The notes under the pieces were generated by a model. It did not search any database. It was not told the origin of the DNA and saw nothing but the letters and a program-made list of their open reading frames with translations. This document shows, in pieces, positions 10,841 through 22,066 of a stretch of 64,000 nucleotides of DNA; the stretch's first letter is position 1, and every line of letters begins with the position of its first letter. The DNA lies in the NCBI GenBank assembly GCA_963734495.1, contig CAVTHK010000009.1:1-64000 (forward strand). The letters run 5' to 3'. The position numbers were made by a program, and so were the translations under genes. This stretch comes from an uncultured Spirochaetota bacterium (GTDB lineage: Bacteria; Spirochaetota; Spirochaetia; SZUA-6; CAVTHK01).

Positions 10841-11039
10841 GACACCATCTCCCTTCACGGCGCCCTGCGGTGGCCGAGCGTGGCCGGGAGAGTCGATCCG
10901 CAGTCGCCAGACGAAATGATACGCCTCCTGCAAGCCCCTCGCTGTGTCTTTTTGTCTTCTGTTCCCGGCCGCCGACAGTGGCCGAAATCCGTTTAGTTTG
11001 AATGCGTTGCCGACCCGTGGGTCCAGCTCCACACTCGCT

Positions 11040-12828
11040 ACGCCGTGCAGGCCTGCCAGCAGGATCTACCTCGGCCTGCGGACTCCTCGAGCCGCCGGCT
11101 GCCTTCGAGCAGCAGCTGCTCGGTCGGTGCGAGCGGCGTGCTCGGGCCGGGATCGCCGGGCACGAAGTGGAAGCTGCCCTCGTGGCCAGGCCAGGAACAC
11201 GTAGACCGCCTCGGTCCGGGTGAGGTCGCCGACGCGCGCCGAGACGATCTCCCCGTCGCGGAAGCCGAGCACCGCGGCGCCCGGCTCGCCGTCCGCCCCG
11301 CTCACGCTCAGGACACCCGTGAGGCGTCCCTGGTTGCAGATCTGGACGAGCGTCGGCGCGCCGAACACCTCGACGCTGGCCCTCGAGCGCCCCGACCGTC
11401 GAGGCGGCGCGCTCCTCGTCGGGGCGATGCGGCGTGCCGAGGTCCGAGTAGCGCGTCATCAGCAGCTGCATGCGGATCAGCAGCTCGCGGATCGGCGTCG
11501 TCTTCGAGAGGAAGTCGTCGGCCCCGATCTGCAGCGCGCGGTGGCGCTCGCGGTACTTGTCGGAGCCCGAGATGAAGACGAGCGGCGTGCGGGCGAGCAG
11601 CGGGTGGCTGCGCACGCGCCGGCAGAACTCGAAGCCGTCCAGCTCGGGCATGCTGAGGTCGGCGAGGATGATCCAGGGGCGGTGCTGCACGGCGATCTGC
11701 CAGGCGGCCGCGCCGTCTCCGGCCTCGTAGATCGTGAAGCCCTGGGCCGCGAGCGGCATCGCCAGGTACCTGCGGAAGACCGCGTCCTCGTCGGCGATCA
11801 GCGCCGCGCGGAACATCGGCGGCACGCTGTCGAAGTCCGGCATGTCGTCGTCCGCGGGCGAGCGCAGCGGCGCGGCGGAGCGGGGGACCTCCGGCGGGAT
11901 CTCGTCCGCGATCACGCCCACGCGGTTGGCGCTCACCCAGCCCGCGAGCCCGGGCCGCCACACCTTGGTGTCCTCGGGGATGGAGCCGAGCACGAGGTCC
12001 ACCAGCTCGTCGAGCGTCACGGGGCCCTCGTTGGCGTCCGTCCTGGAGGTAGAGCCACTGCGTCCGGCCCCAGGCCGCGGCCGTCCGGCGGCGGTTCGCC
12101 GGCGTCGCGGACCGCGGCGGGGGCGAGCGGCGCGCGGCGACCGCCTCGGCGGCGAGGGAGGCGATCCCGTCCGGCGGGGTGCCGGCGCCCGCGGCGGACT
12201 CCTGGGCCGGCGGAGGCGTCGGCCGGGGGCCGAGCGGTCCCCGCGCACGGGCCGGGCGAGCCGCTCGAAGACGAGCGACGTGATCCCGCCGAGCGTCTCC
12301 TGGACCCCGACGCCCTCGACCGCCACCGCTTCGTAGCGCGGCAGGCCGCGCGGGTTGAGCTGCGCCTCGAGCAGCGCCAGGGGCAGCGCCGTCGCGAGGT
12401 CGCGCTTGTTGTACTGGATCACCTGCGGGAGCGCGGGGTCGAGGTCGTTCGCGAGCAGGTTCTGCCGCAGGCCGCGCAGGCTCTCGACGTTCGCGTCGAG
12501 CATCGAGGCCTGGCTGTCCGCGACGAAGACGACGGCGTCGCAGCCCTCGAGGACCATGCGCCGCGTGGTCTCGTAGAAGACCCGGCCGGGCACCGTGTAC
12601 ACCTGGATGCGCGGGCGCATGCCCGCGACGGCGGCGGGCTCGAGCGGGACGAAGTCGAAGAACAGCGTGAGGTCCGCCTGCGTCGCGAGCGACACGAGCT
12701 TGCCCTTGCGTGCGGAGCGGCGCGTGCTCGTGGATCCAGCGCAGGTTCGTCGTCTTGCCCGCGAGGCCGGGCCCGTAGTAGACGAGCTTGAGCGTGACCT
12801 CGTTCGTCGCCCGGTTGAAGAGCGGCAT
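11040..12828 (-). CDS. MglA-like small GTPase fused to GYF_2, response-regulator receiver and DUF4388 (PatA-N) domains (frameshifted; 3' end approximate)
   Basis: KLVYYGPGLAGKTTN, TLFFDF, QYNKRDL; GPVTLDEL..TKVWRPGLAGW; LIADED..ILADLSMPELDG..GADDFLSK; LVQICNQGRLTGVL..FRDGEIVSA. Confidence 0.8.
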
Positions 12829-12832
12829 GGCG

Positions 12833-14216
12833 CTAGGAGCCGACGGGCTCGGTCGGGGTCGCGGGCGGCTGCGGCGGCAGCAGCGGCGGGCCGATCGGCG
12901 GCTCGACCGGCTTCACGGCGCGTGACGAGCAGGCGGCGGCTGCGGGGCGGTCTCGCTCGGAGGATTCGTCCGGCGCGCGGGCGGTCAGCACCGGCGGCGC
13001 CTCCTCGATCACGACCGGATCGCCGCACATCGCCGCGAGCAGGGCGCGCCGCCTGTCACGCACGAACGCGGCGGCGTCGAGCGCCTTCGCTCGCGTCACC
13101 GGCCCCGCGCGCTCCCGGGTCGAATCCGAGGCGCCTCAGGGTGGCGACGTAGTCCGACGGCGCGTCCTTCTTCCTCTCGATCCGCACGTGCTGCAGCGTC
13201 GCGCCCGCCCCGAGCGTCAGCGCCAGCACGTGGCGTCCCGGGCGCGAGCGGCTGGGTCAGGATCGGGCGCCACCTCTCGCCCTCGCCGGCGCAGACGACG
13301 GCCTTGCGGCAGCCGTCCACGAGCCAGCGCTGGCCCGCGCCGGGCGCGCCGAACGCGAAGAAGCTGTACAGCCCGGCCTCCGCGACCTCGAACGACGCGA
13401 CGGCGCGCAGCCCGCCCGCGCCGGCGCGTGAGGGTCGTCCTCGCGAGATCGCTGCCGGCCTTCGCGTGCTCGCTCGATCGCCTCGGCGCGGCGCTTCGAT
13501 CAGGAACTCGGCGCCCGTGATGTCGATCGGGCTCGCCGCCGGGGGCAGCTCGTGCTCGGCGTCGAGGGTCTTCACGGCCGTCACGGCCAGGTCCTCGTCG
13601 GTCGTGATGCCCGTCGCGCGCCATCCGCCGGGCGGCTCGATCGGATTCAGGCACGGCGGCGCGAGCTCGATGCGGGCGAGCGAGCAGCCCGGGGGCAGCA
13701 GGAACTGGGCCTCGTAGGCGCCGGGGTCGAGGTGGGTCGCGCCCCCGAACACCCAGCCCATCGCCGTCGACGGGGCGAAGGTGACGACCGCCGGCGTGCC
13801 TGCCCCGGAGACGGGCGCGATCTCGGCGGTCACGGGACGTGCCGGGCGGGCCGGCGATCCGCGCGCGCAGCAGGTAGTCGCCCGGCTGCACGACCGCGAG
13901 GGCGTACGTCACCTCGGCCGGCATCGTCGCCGCGCTCACGACCGTGCGTCCCGCCTCCTGGCGCACGGTGAGGCCGTCGGCGTCGCAGGTAGCCGTCGGC
14001 AGGCAGCGAGATGCTGTCGCGCCAGGCGAGGATCGCGAACACCTGCGACGCCTGCGTGCTCGTGCGCACCGCATCGTTCATCTCGAGCGCGCGGAGCAGC
14101 AGGCGGGCCCACAGCGGGTGGGTCACGGGCGTCGAGCGGGGATCACCGAAGAGCGGTACGAGCGCGGCGACGCCGACGACCACGGCGGCGACGAGCGTCC
14201 CCGGCCTGCGCCACAT
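12833..14216 (-). CDS. Hypothetical exported protein (frameshifted)
   Basis: N-terminal hydrophobic segment; coding-like ORF pieces 13830-14216, 13096-13833 and 12833-13099 join across frames. Confidence 0.55.
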
Positions 14217-14379
14217 GACCCCTCCCTCCCGGGGCCGAAGCGAGCTCCGGCTCCGCCCCCCGACCCGGCGCGCGCCTCGGGGGGCGCCGTCCCGGATTGT
14301 AGTCCACGGGCCCGGCCGCCGAGCGGCCGGGTTCCGCAGGACGCGCGAACCGCCGGCCGCGTTGCTATAGTGACGCGGG

Positions 14380-15693
14380 GTGACCGTGGAATCCTCCCCG
14401 GCGTCGCTCGTCGCGTTCCTGCTCGGCCTCGCCGTGACCGCGGGCCTGACCGTGCCGGCGCTGCTGCGCCTGCGCTCGCTCCTGGCGCACGCGCGCGCCG
14501 AGGGCGCGCGCCGCGGCGAGACGGTGGCCTCGCTGGAGCGGGCCCACACGCAGCTCGAGGAGGACCTGCGCTTCCTGACGCAGTTCCTGAAGGACTACCC
14601 GCGGCTCGCGCGCGAGCTGTACAGCGGCCTCACCGAGCGGCAGATCCCCGGCGTCCTGCTGAGCATCGTCCAGCGCAGCCTCGATCCCCAGCAGGTCGTC
14701 GTGCTGGTCCGGCGCGCGGACCCCGGCGGATACGGGGCCACTCCGGGCGGCTCGTCGTCGCCGCGGCGTACCCGCCGGGAGGCGCGACGCGGGTCGGCAC
14801 CGAGGTCCCGCTCGAGACCGGCGAGATCGGCTTCGCGGCCGACGCGCAGGTGGTCGTCAGCCGCCAGGACCTCGAGGCCGAGACGACCGCCAGCCGGATC
14901 AGGCCCGGGCCGGCGCTCGAAGGGATGCCGCGAGCCGGACATCATCGCCCCGCTCGTCTTCGACCAGGAGACGCTCGGCGTCATCCTGGTCAAGCAGGCA
15001 CGCAAGGCCGGCGACCCGACGACGGCCTTGCGCCTCGTCGCCCAGACGGGCGGACAGGTGCTCCACACGGCGGCGACCGTGCGCCGGATGAAGACGACGG
15101 CCGAGATGGACGGGCTCACCCGCGTCTACAACAAGAAGCACCTGGAGCAGCGGCTCGGCGATCTCATCTACCAGGCCGCCTGCGCCGCATACGACCGGCG
15201 CGGAGCCGAGCAGCGACCGGCGCCGTCGATCGCGGTCTTCCTCTTCGACATCGACCACTTCAAGAACTACAACGACACCAACGGGCATCTGGCCGGCGAT
15301 CGGCTGCTGCAGGAGCTCTCGCGCCTGGTGAACGAGAGCGTTCGCAAGGGCGACGTGTTCGGCCGCTTCGGCGGCGAGGAGTTCCTGCTGATCCAGCCCG
15401 AGACCGACGCGCAGCCGGCGCTCGCGGCCGCCGAGAAGCTCCGCGATGCTGGTCGCGAGCCACGCCTTCGCGTTCGCCGAGAAGCAGCCGCTCGGCTGCC
15501 TGAGCATCAGCGGCGGCGTCGCGGAGTACCCGCGCCACGGCGTCGACGCGGCGGGCATCCTGCTGGCCGCCGACGAGGCGCTGTACCGGGCCAAGCGCGG
15601 CGGCCGCAATCGCGTGCTGCTCGCCGGAGCCCCGGACGGCGCCGCGAGCCCGCCCCGCGAGGCCGATCCCAGCGGAGGGGGCAAGCCTCGTGA
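14380..15693 (+). CDS. Membrane-anchored GAF-like/GGDEF diguanylate cyclase (frameshifted)
   Basis: DGLTRVYN, FDIDHFKNYNDTNGHLAGD, RFGGEEF, ADEALYRAKRGGRN. Confidence 0.88.
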   Translation: MTVESSPASLVAFLLGLAVTAGLTVPALLRLRSLLAHARAEGARRGETVASLERAHTQLEEDLRFLTQFLKDYPRLARELYSGLTERQIPGVLLSIVQRSLDPQQVVVLVRRADPGGYGATPGGSSSPRRTRREARRGSAPRSRSRPARSASRPTRRWSSAARTSRPRRPPAGSGPGRRSKGCREPDIIAPLVFDQETLGVILVKQARKAGDPTTALRLVAQTGGQVLHTAATVRRMKTTAEMDGLTRVYNKKHLEQRLGDLIYQAACAAYDRRGAEQRPAPSIAVFLFDIDHFKNYNDTNGHLAGDRLLQELSRLVNESVRKGDVFGRFGGEEFLLIQPETDAQPALAAAEKLRDAGREPRLRVRREAAARLPEHQRRRRGVPAPRRRRGGHPAGRRRGAVPGQARRPQSRAARRSPGRRREPAPRGRSQRRGQAS

Positions 15694-16949
15694 GCGCCGC
15701 CGACCCGACCGACGCGGCGGCGCGCCGCTGCTGCCGTACCGGGCGCACGTCGAGACGCTGCGGGAGATCCTGTCCCGGCAGGGCAGCCTCGGGCTGCTGC
15801 TGATCGACACCTCCTCGCTCGCGCAGATCGAGCACCAGTACGGCACCTCGGCCTTCGAGAAGGTGATGCAGACGGCTCGCGAGCTGGTGCTGGGGCTCAA
15901 GGGCCACGCGGTGCGGCAGGAGGACATCGTCTGCGTCAGCGACCACGGCGGCGACTCGTTCCTGGTCTTCTTCTCGCCGAGCCGCGAGCAGGGCCAGCCC
16001 CGGATCGCAGCGCTCAAGCGGGCCGCCGAGCAGGTGGAGGGGCACCTCAACCGCAAGCTGGTGCGGCTCGCCTCGCCCTACCTCGGCACGCTGCGCCGCC
16101 TGAGCGTGGGCTTCGCGCTCGCCTTCTACAACCCGCTCGTGATGCCGGAGCGGGCCATCGCGCGGCTCGTCGAGGAGGCGTGGTCCTGCGTGCACGTGCT
16201 GCGGGCGCAGCGCAAGCTGCAGAACAGGTGCGACCTGCAGGAGGTGCTGCTCGCGGACCAGCTCACGACGGTGTTCCAGCCCATCCTGGGCCTGCGCCGG
16301 CGCAACGTGCTCGGCTTCGAGGCCTTGTCGCGCGGCCCCGCGGCCAGCCTCTACCACATGCCGGCGCGGCTCTTCGAGCTCGCCGAGGAGGCCGACCTCG
16401 TCTTCGAGCTCGACCGCCAGTGCCGCCGGCAGGCGTTCGCCAGCTGCCGGCAGCTGCCGGCGAGCGCGAAGATGTTCCTGAACGTGCTCCCCTCCGCTCT
16501 CTACGACCCGGAGTTCCAGGGCGATGCGCTGGTGCGGGCCGTGGAGTCGCACGGGCTGCGGGCCGGGCGCGTGGTGCTCGAGATCACCGAGAAGTCCGCG
16601 ATCGAGAACTACGACCTGTTCGCCGCGGCGATCAGGGACCTCACCGGGCTCGGGCTTCGCGTTCGCCGTCGACGACGTCGGCGCCGGCTACTCGGGCCTC
16701 GAGAAGATCGCGCGGCTCGAGCCGCGCTACCTCAAGTTCGACCGCGAGCTGGTCCGCAGCATCGACTCGAGCTACATCCGCCGCGAGATGACGCGCGCGC
16801 TCAAGGCCTTCGCCGACCGGATCGGCTCCACGATCATCGCCGAAGGCATCGAGAGCGAGGCCGAGCTCGCGACGCTGCTCGAGCTGGGCATCGAGTACGG
16901 CCAGGGCTTCCTGCTCGGCCGTCCGGCGGCAGGCTTCCCGGACGCGTGA
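15690..16949 (+). CDS. EAL phosphodiesterase with degenerate GGDEF (GGDSF); may be fused to the upstream DGC
   Basis: FQPI, GFEALSRG, EITE, DDVGAGYS, LKFDR, IAEGIE, GQGF. Confidence 0.85.
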
Positions 16950-18720
16950 CGGCTCCGGCCCACGCGCGCCCGTCGCCCGGCGGCGCCGCCGGCTCGCGCC
17001 TCGCCGCCGTCACGCTCGTCGCCCTCGCGCTCGCGGCGCCTTGGGCCTTCGGGGCCGTCGCTCCGCGGCCGCTGCTCTTCGTGATCGCGGCGGGCCTGCT
17101 GGCGGTCGCCGTCGCGCTCGCCCTCGGCGCGCTGCGTGGGCGCGCGCAGGGGGTGGCGCTGCCGGCGGTCGCCTGTTGGCCGCTCGTGGCGTTCCTCGCC
17201 CTGGCGCTCGCTCAGCTGCTGCCGCTGCCCGACGCCGTCCACCGCCGGCTCGCCCCCGGCTCCTGGGCCGTGTGGCGGCCCGCGCGAGCCCGCGGCCGCC
17301 GCGGTGCTGGGCGAGGCCGCCCGCCCGATCTCGATCGATCCGCAGACGACGCTGCGTGGCGCGGCGCTCGTCGCCGCGCTCGGGCTGCTGGCGCTCCTCG
17401 CGGCACCCGCGCTCGCGCACCGCCGCGCCGCGACGCTCGCGCTCGGGGCGGTGGCCCTCGGGCGGCTTCGCGCTCTCGGTCTACGCGATCCTCGCTCGCG
17501 ACCGCTTCGGTCCGCTGCTCTACGGCACGCTGCCGGTGCCGACCGTCCGTCCGTTCGGCCCGTTCGTCAACGAGAACCACTTCGCCGGCTGGACCGCGAT
17601 GGCCGCGCTGCTCGTCGCCGGCTTCGCCGCCGGCCTCGCCGACGACGCCCGGCAGCGTGGCCGCGACTGGACCGCGAGCCGGCGCGCCGCGCTCGTCGCG
17701 TTCGCGATCGTGGCCAGCCTCGTGATGGCGCTCGGCCGTCCTCGCCTCGCTCTCGCGCGGTGGCGCGCTCGCGCTCCTCGCGGGGGCCGCGTGCCTGCTG
17801 GGCCTCGCGCTGCTGCGTCCCGGCGGCCGGCCCGCGGCCGTCGCCTCCTCGGCCGTGCTGGCGCTCCTGCTCGGGCTCGTCGTCGTGTCGCTCGCCCCCG
17901 CGCCGGCCCGCGAGCGCCTGCGCAGCCTGAGCGGCGCCTCCTTCCGGCTCGACACCTGGCGCGATTCGCTGCGCCTCGCCGCGGCGAGCCCGCTCGTCGG
18001 CCACGGGCTCGGCGCCTTCCACGACGCCTATCCGCGCTTCAAGCAGGGACACGAGTCGGTGCGCGTCGAGCACGCCGAGAACGACTACCTCGAGACGCTC
18101 GCCGAGACGGGGATCGCGGGCCTCCTGCCCGCGCTCGCCGCCCTCGTCCTGCTGTTCCGGGCCGTCGCGGGTCGCGCCCCCGGCGACCGCAGCGCGGTCG
18201 TGCTCGGCGCGGGCCGTGGCGGCCTCGCCGCCCTGGCGGCGCTCGCGGTGCACAGCGCCTTCGACTTCGACCTGCGCATCCCCTCGAACGCCGCCCTCGC
18301 CGCGCTCGCCGCCGCCATGGCCGCCGCCTCCGCCGGGGCACGTGCGCGTCCGCTCGGACGCGGTCCGGCAGCGGCGCTCGCCCTGGGTGCCGGTCTGCTC
18401 CTGGCCAGCGTGCTGGCGCTGCCGGAGCGCCCGTGGCGGACCGCGCGCGAGGAGGTGCGCCGTGCGCTTCGCAGCACCGGCGGGGCCGGTGCGCACGCTG
18501 CGCCTCGGACGCGCCGAGGCGGCGCTCGGCGCGCTGCTGCGCGCAGCGGCCGGCCCACGCCGAGTCCTGGCTGATGCTGGCGGCGGTCCGCCGAGCGCGC
18601 GGCGATCCCGCGTCGGCCGCCGCGCTGGCGCGCCGCGCCGTGTGGCTCGATCCCGAGCGGCCCGGGCTGCGCGAGCTGGCCGAGCGGCTGATGGGGGACG
18701 CGGCCGCGGGCGGGAAGTAA
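16946..18720 (+). CDS. O-antigen ligase (Wzy_C) family membrane protein with C-terminal TPR-like helix (frameshifted)
   Basis: GPFVNENHFA, RLDTWRDSL..PLVGHGLGAF, HAENDYLETLAETG, VHSAFDFDLRIP. Confidence 0.85.
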
Positions 18721-18822
18721 GACGGTCGTGAGCTGTCGTGACTTGACCGCGCACGGGCGCTCGGCTAGCTTCAGCCCGCCCCCGACGAGATCCGTCCGCC
18801 GCGCGGAGGGGGCCGGTCCAGC

Positions 18823-20512
18823 ATGGCCGAGTGGAAGAGGCGCTGGCACTCGTTCGTGGGACTGCTCGGGCGCGACGCCGCGCGCCGGGACGGATCCCCG
18901 CGCGGCGCGGCACGCGAGGACCGTCGAGGAGATCCCGACGGTCGCCGAAAGCCCGGCGACCGCGGGCGAGCCGACGCCGGCCTGCCCGCGTCGACGGCCG
19001 CCCGCCGCGCCGGCGCCGCCCGCCGATTCGCGTCGGCGGCCGCCTCGACGGACTCGCCGGCGCGGCGCGCAGGTCCGCGAGCTGCAGCTGGAGGAGGAGG
19101 TCCGGGCGCTGCGCCGCGAGCTGCGGCGACTCGAGGCGGCCCTCGACCAGGAGCGCTCGCAGCGGACAGCGCCTGGAGCACGAGATCGCCGATCTCGCCG
19201 AGTACGACCCGCTCACGGGTCTCGCTCGGGCGCGCCGCTTCAACGACCGGCTCGCCGTCGCGATCGCGCACGCGCAGCGCAGCAAGCAGAGGCTCGCGGT
19301 CGCGCAGCTCGGGATCGATCGGCCTCGCCGGGATCGAGGAGACGCTCGGCCCCAGCCATCGCGACGACCTCCTGCGCAGCGTGGCGCTCGCCCTCGAGGG
19401 CACGCTGCGCCAGGCCGACACGCTCGCGCGGCTCGGGCAGGACGACGTGTTCTCGCTCCTGCTGTCCGGGATCAAGCGTGACGCCGACGTGATCGTGGTC
19501 GCCGAGAAGCTGCGCCTCGCCCTGCGCAACCCCTTCGGCATCGGCGGCCACGAGCTTGCGGTGACGGCCAGCATCGGGATCGCGCTCTTTCCGGAGGACG
19601 GGCCGGACGCCGAGACGCTGCTGCAGAGCGCGAGCGTCGCGATGCTGCGCGCGCGGGCGCGCGGGGGCGACGCCTGGGACGTGCACGCGCCGGGCTCCCG
19701 CGCGGCCGCCGGCCGCAGGCAGGCGCGCGAGAGCGCGCTGCGCCGGGCGCTCGCACGCGAGGAGCTGGAGCTGCGCTGGCAGCCGGTCGTCGAGTGCGAC
19801 ACGGGCGCGATCGTGGGCATGCACGCGCGGCTCGTGGTCGTCGGCGCGCGCTCGCCGGGCGACGCCGGCCCGATCGCTCTGTCGGACGAGGGTGCCCTGG
19901 CGGTGCCGCTCGGCCAGTGGGCGCTGCGCGCGACCTGCCGTCAGGGGAGCCGCTGGCTCGCGGCCGGCCACCGCGGGCTGGTGTTCTCGGTCGACGTGTC
20001 GCTGCGTCAGCTCGTCCATGCCGCCTTCGTCAAGCTGGTGCGCGGCGCGCTCGACGGAGAGCGGCCTGCCGCCCGAGGCGCTCGAGCTCGAGGTGTCCGA
20101 GGCCGAGCTGGCCCACAGCCCCGCGGCGGCGCTCGAGCGGCTCGCGGAGCTGCGGCGCCTGGGCGTCCGCATCGCGCTCGACCACTTCGGCACGGGCGAG
20201 AGCCGCCTCGCTCACGTCCACCACTACCCGCTCGACACGCTGAAGATCGACGCCTCGGTCGTGAAGGACGCGGTCGGCAACCTCCAGCAGGAGGCCGTGA
20301 TCGACGCCGCGGTCGGGATCGCCCGCTCGCGCCGGCTGCGGGCGGTCGCCGAGGGCGTCGACAGCGAGGCGCAGCGCGTGCTGCTCGTCCGCTGCCAGTG
20401 CGAGCGGATGCAGGGCGCGCTCTCCGGAGCCTCCCGCGAGCGCCGCCGACGCCGAGCTGCTGCTCACACGCCAGGACGGAAGCCGCCGTCGGGCGCATAC
20501 TCTCGGCCATGA
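18823..20512 (+). CDS. Degenerate GGDEF-EAL protein (frameshifted)
   Basis: YDPLTGL, RLGQDDVF, ASIGIALFPEDG, WQPVV..GMHAR, LDHFGTG, LKIDAS, VAEGVD. Confidence 0.8.
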
Positions 20513-21577
20513 GCGACGCGATCGCTCGGCGCGGCCGACGGCTGGTTCCTCGAGAACGTCGGCGACGGCGGTCAGCTCAGGCGCATCCCGATCACCATCC
20601 TGCCGTTCCGGATCGGCCGCCGGCACGGGCTCGAGCTGGTGCTGCCGGCCGACTCGGTCTCGAAGGCCCACGCCGAGCTGTACTGGCGCGGCTCCGGCCT
20701 GCGCCTGCGGGACCTCGGCAGCAAGAACGGCACCTTCGTGAACCGCGCGCCCGTCGAGGACGTGCCGCTCAGCGAGGGCGACGTCCTCCACTTCGCGGAC
20801 TTCGAGTTCCGGCTCGGCCGCTCGAGGCCGGAGGAGGCGGAGTCGGCCGGGGTCGGCGACGACAGCACCGCGCCCATCAAGCGGCGCGAGCTGCCGCACG
20901 GCTTCGCCGAGGGCACGCGCGAGCTGCGCGAGCTGCTGCGGGACGGGCTGGTGACGATGGTCTACCAGCCGATCGTGCTGCTGCCGCAGGGCACGGTCGC
21001 CGCCTACGAGGCCCTCGGCCGCGGCCGCCACCCGCAGCTGCCCGAGAGCCCGGCGGAGCTGCTGCGCATCGCCGAGACGATCGGCGCCGAGGCGGAGCTG
21101 AGCCGGCTGTTCCGCAGCAAGGCCGTCGACCTCGTCAAGGACCGCGCCGCGCTGCCCACCGTCTTCCTCAACACGCACCCGATCGAGCTCGCGCGCCCGG
21201 GGCTGATCGAGTCGCTCGAGGAGCTGCGCCGCGCGGCGCCGCAGCTCTCGCTCGCGCTCGAGATCCACGAGAGCGTCCTGACGCGGCCCGCGGTGATCGC
21301 GGAGCTGCGCGCGATGCTGCTGGAGCGCGAGATCGCCCTCGCCTACGACGACTTCGGCGCCGGCCAGGCGCGGCTGCTGGAGCTGGCCGAGGCGCCGCCG
21401 CACTACCTGAAGTTCGACCGCCGCTTCGTGTCCGGCCTCGAGCAGGCCCCGCTGCCGAAGCGGAAGCTGCTCGAGGCGCTGCTGCGCCTCGCGCGCGAGC
21501 TGCACGTGGCGACCGTGGCCGAGGGTGTCGAGACCGCGAGCGAGCCTGATGATATCCACATGAGGATGAGCCTATGA
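20509..21577 (+). CDS. FHA + EAL domain protein, C-terminally truncated at about 21545
   Basis: FRIGR, VSKAHA, DLGSKNGTFVN (FHA); YEAL, DDFGAG, LKFDR, VAEGVET, then unrelated sequence without the final QG motif. Confidence 0.85.
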
Positions 21578-21669
21578 CACCGCCGGGGTCGATCAGGCCG
21601 TACCACAATGACGCAGTCGGCTTGGTTGTCATTCAACCTGGAGCCGCATAACACGTATAAGGCCTTCCC

Positions 21670-22066
21670 TCGTCAAGAGGCGTGAGAAGTCCTGACAACC
21701 GTGTGGCTGCCTCGGGACTGCGCAAGAACACCCGACAAGTTGGTCCGACTTGGTTTCTGCGATGGGTGCAGGAACGCAGCCTGCACCAAACACGTATCGA
21801 GAGTCGCCCGAAGCGCTCTAGAAGACTATTGGTGCCCGACTGCCGTCCGAATCAAAAAAGGGGGTCACCTCGCGGTGCCTCAGTTACTTTTGCGGCTCGG
21901 CGCGGGGCAGACCGCGTATCGGTGTTCCGTTGTCGTGCACAGAGAAAACGGGACCAGGGTGTGCGACCAATCAAATCGTGGGACTTGCCCGAACATAGAG
22001 CGCGCACAGGGATGGCAGTCCAGTTAGGCGTGACAGGTTTGCTGCACACCCTGTCCCTTTCTCTCA
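21670..22066 (-). ncRNA. Putative bridge/seek RNA in the IS 3' non-coding end
   Basis: About 400 nt non-coding end containing CAAATCGT (21972-21979, equals the attC target) and ACACGTAT (21790-21797, equals the IS end), each beside a stem-loop. Confidence 0.65.
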
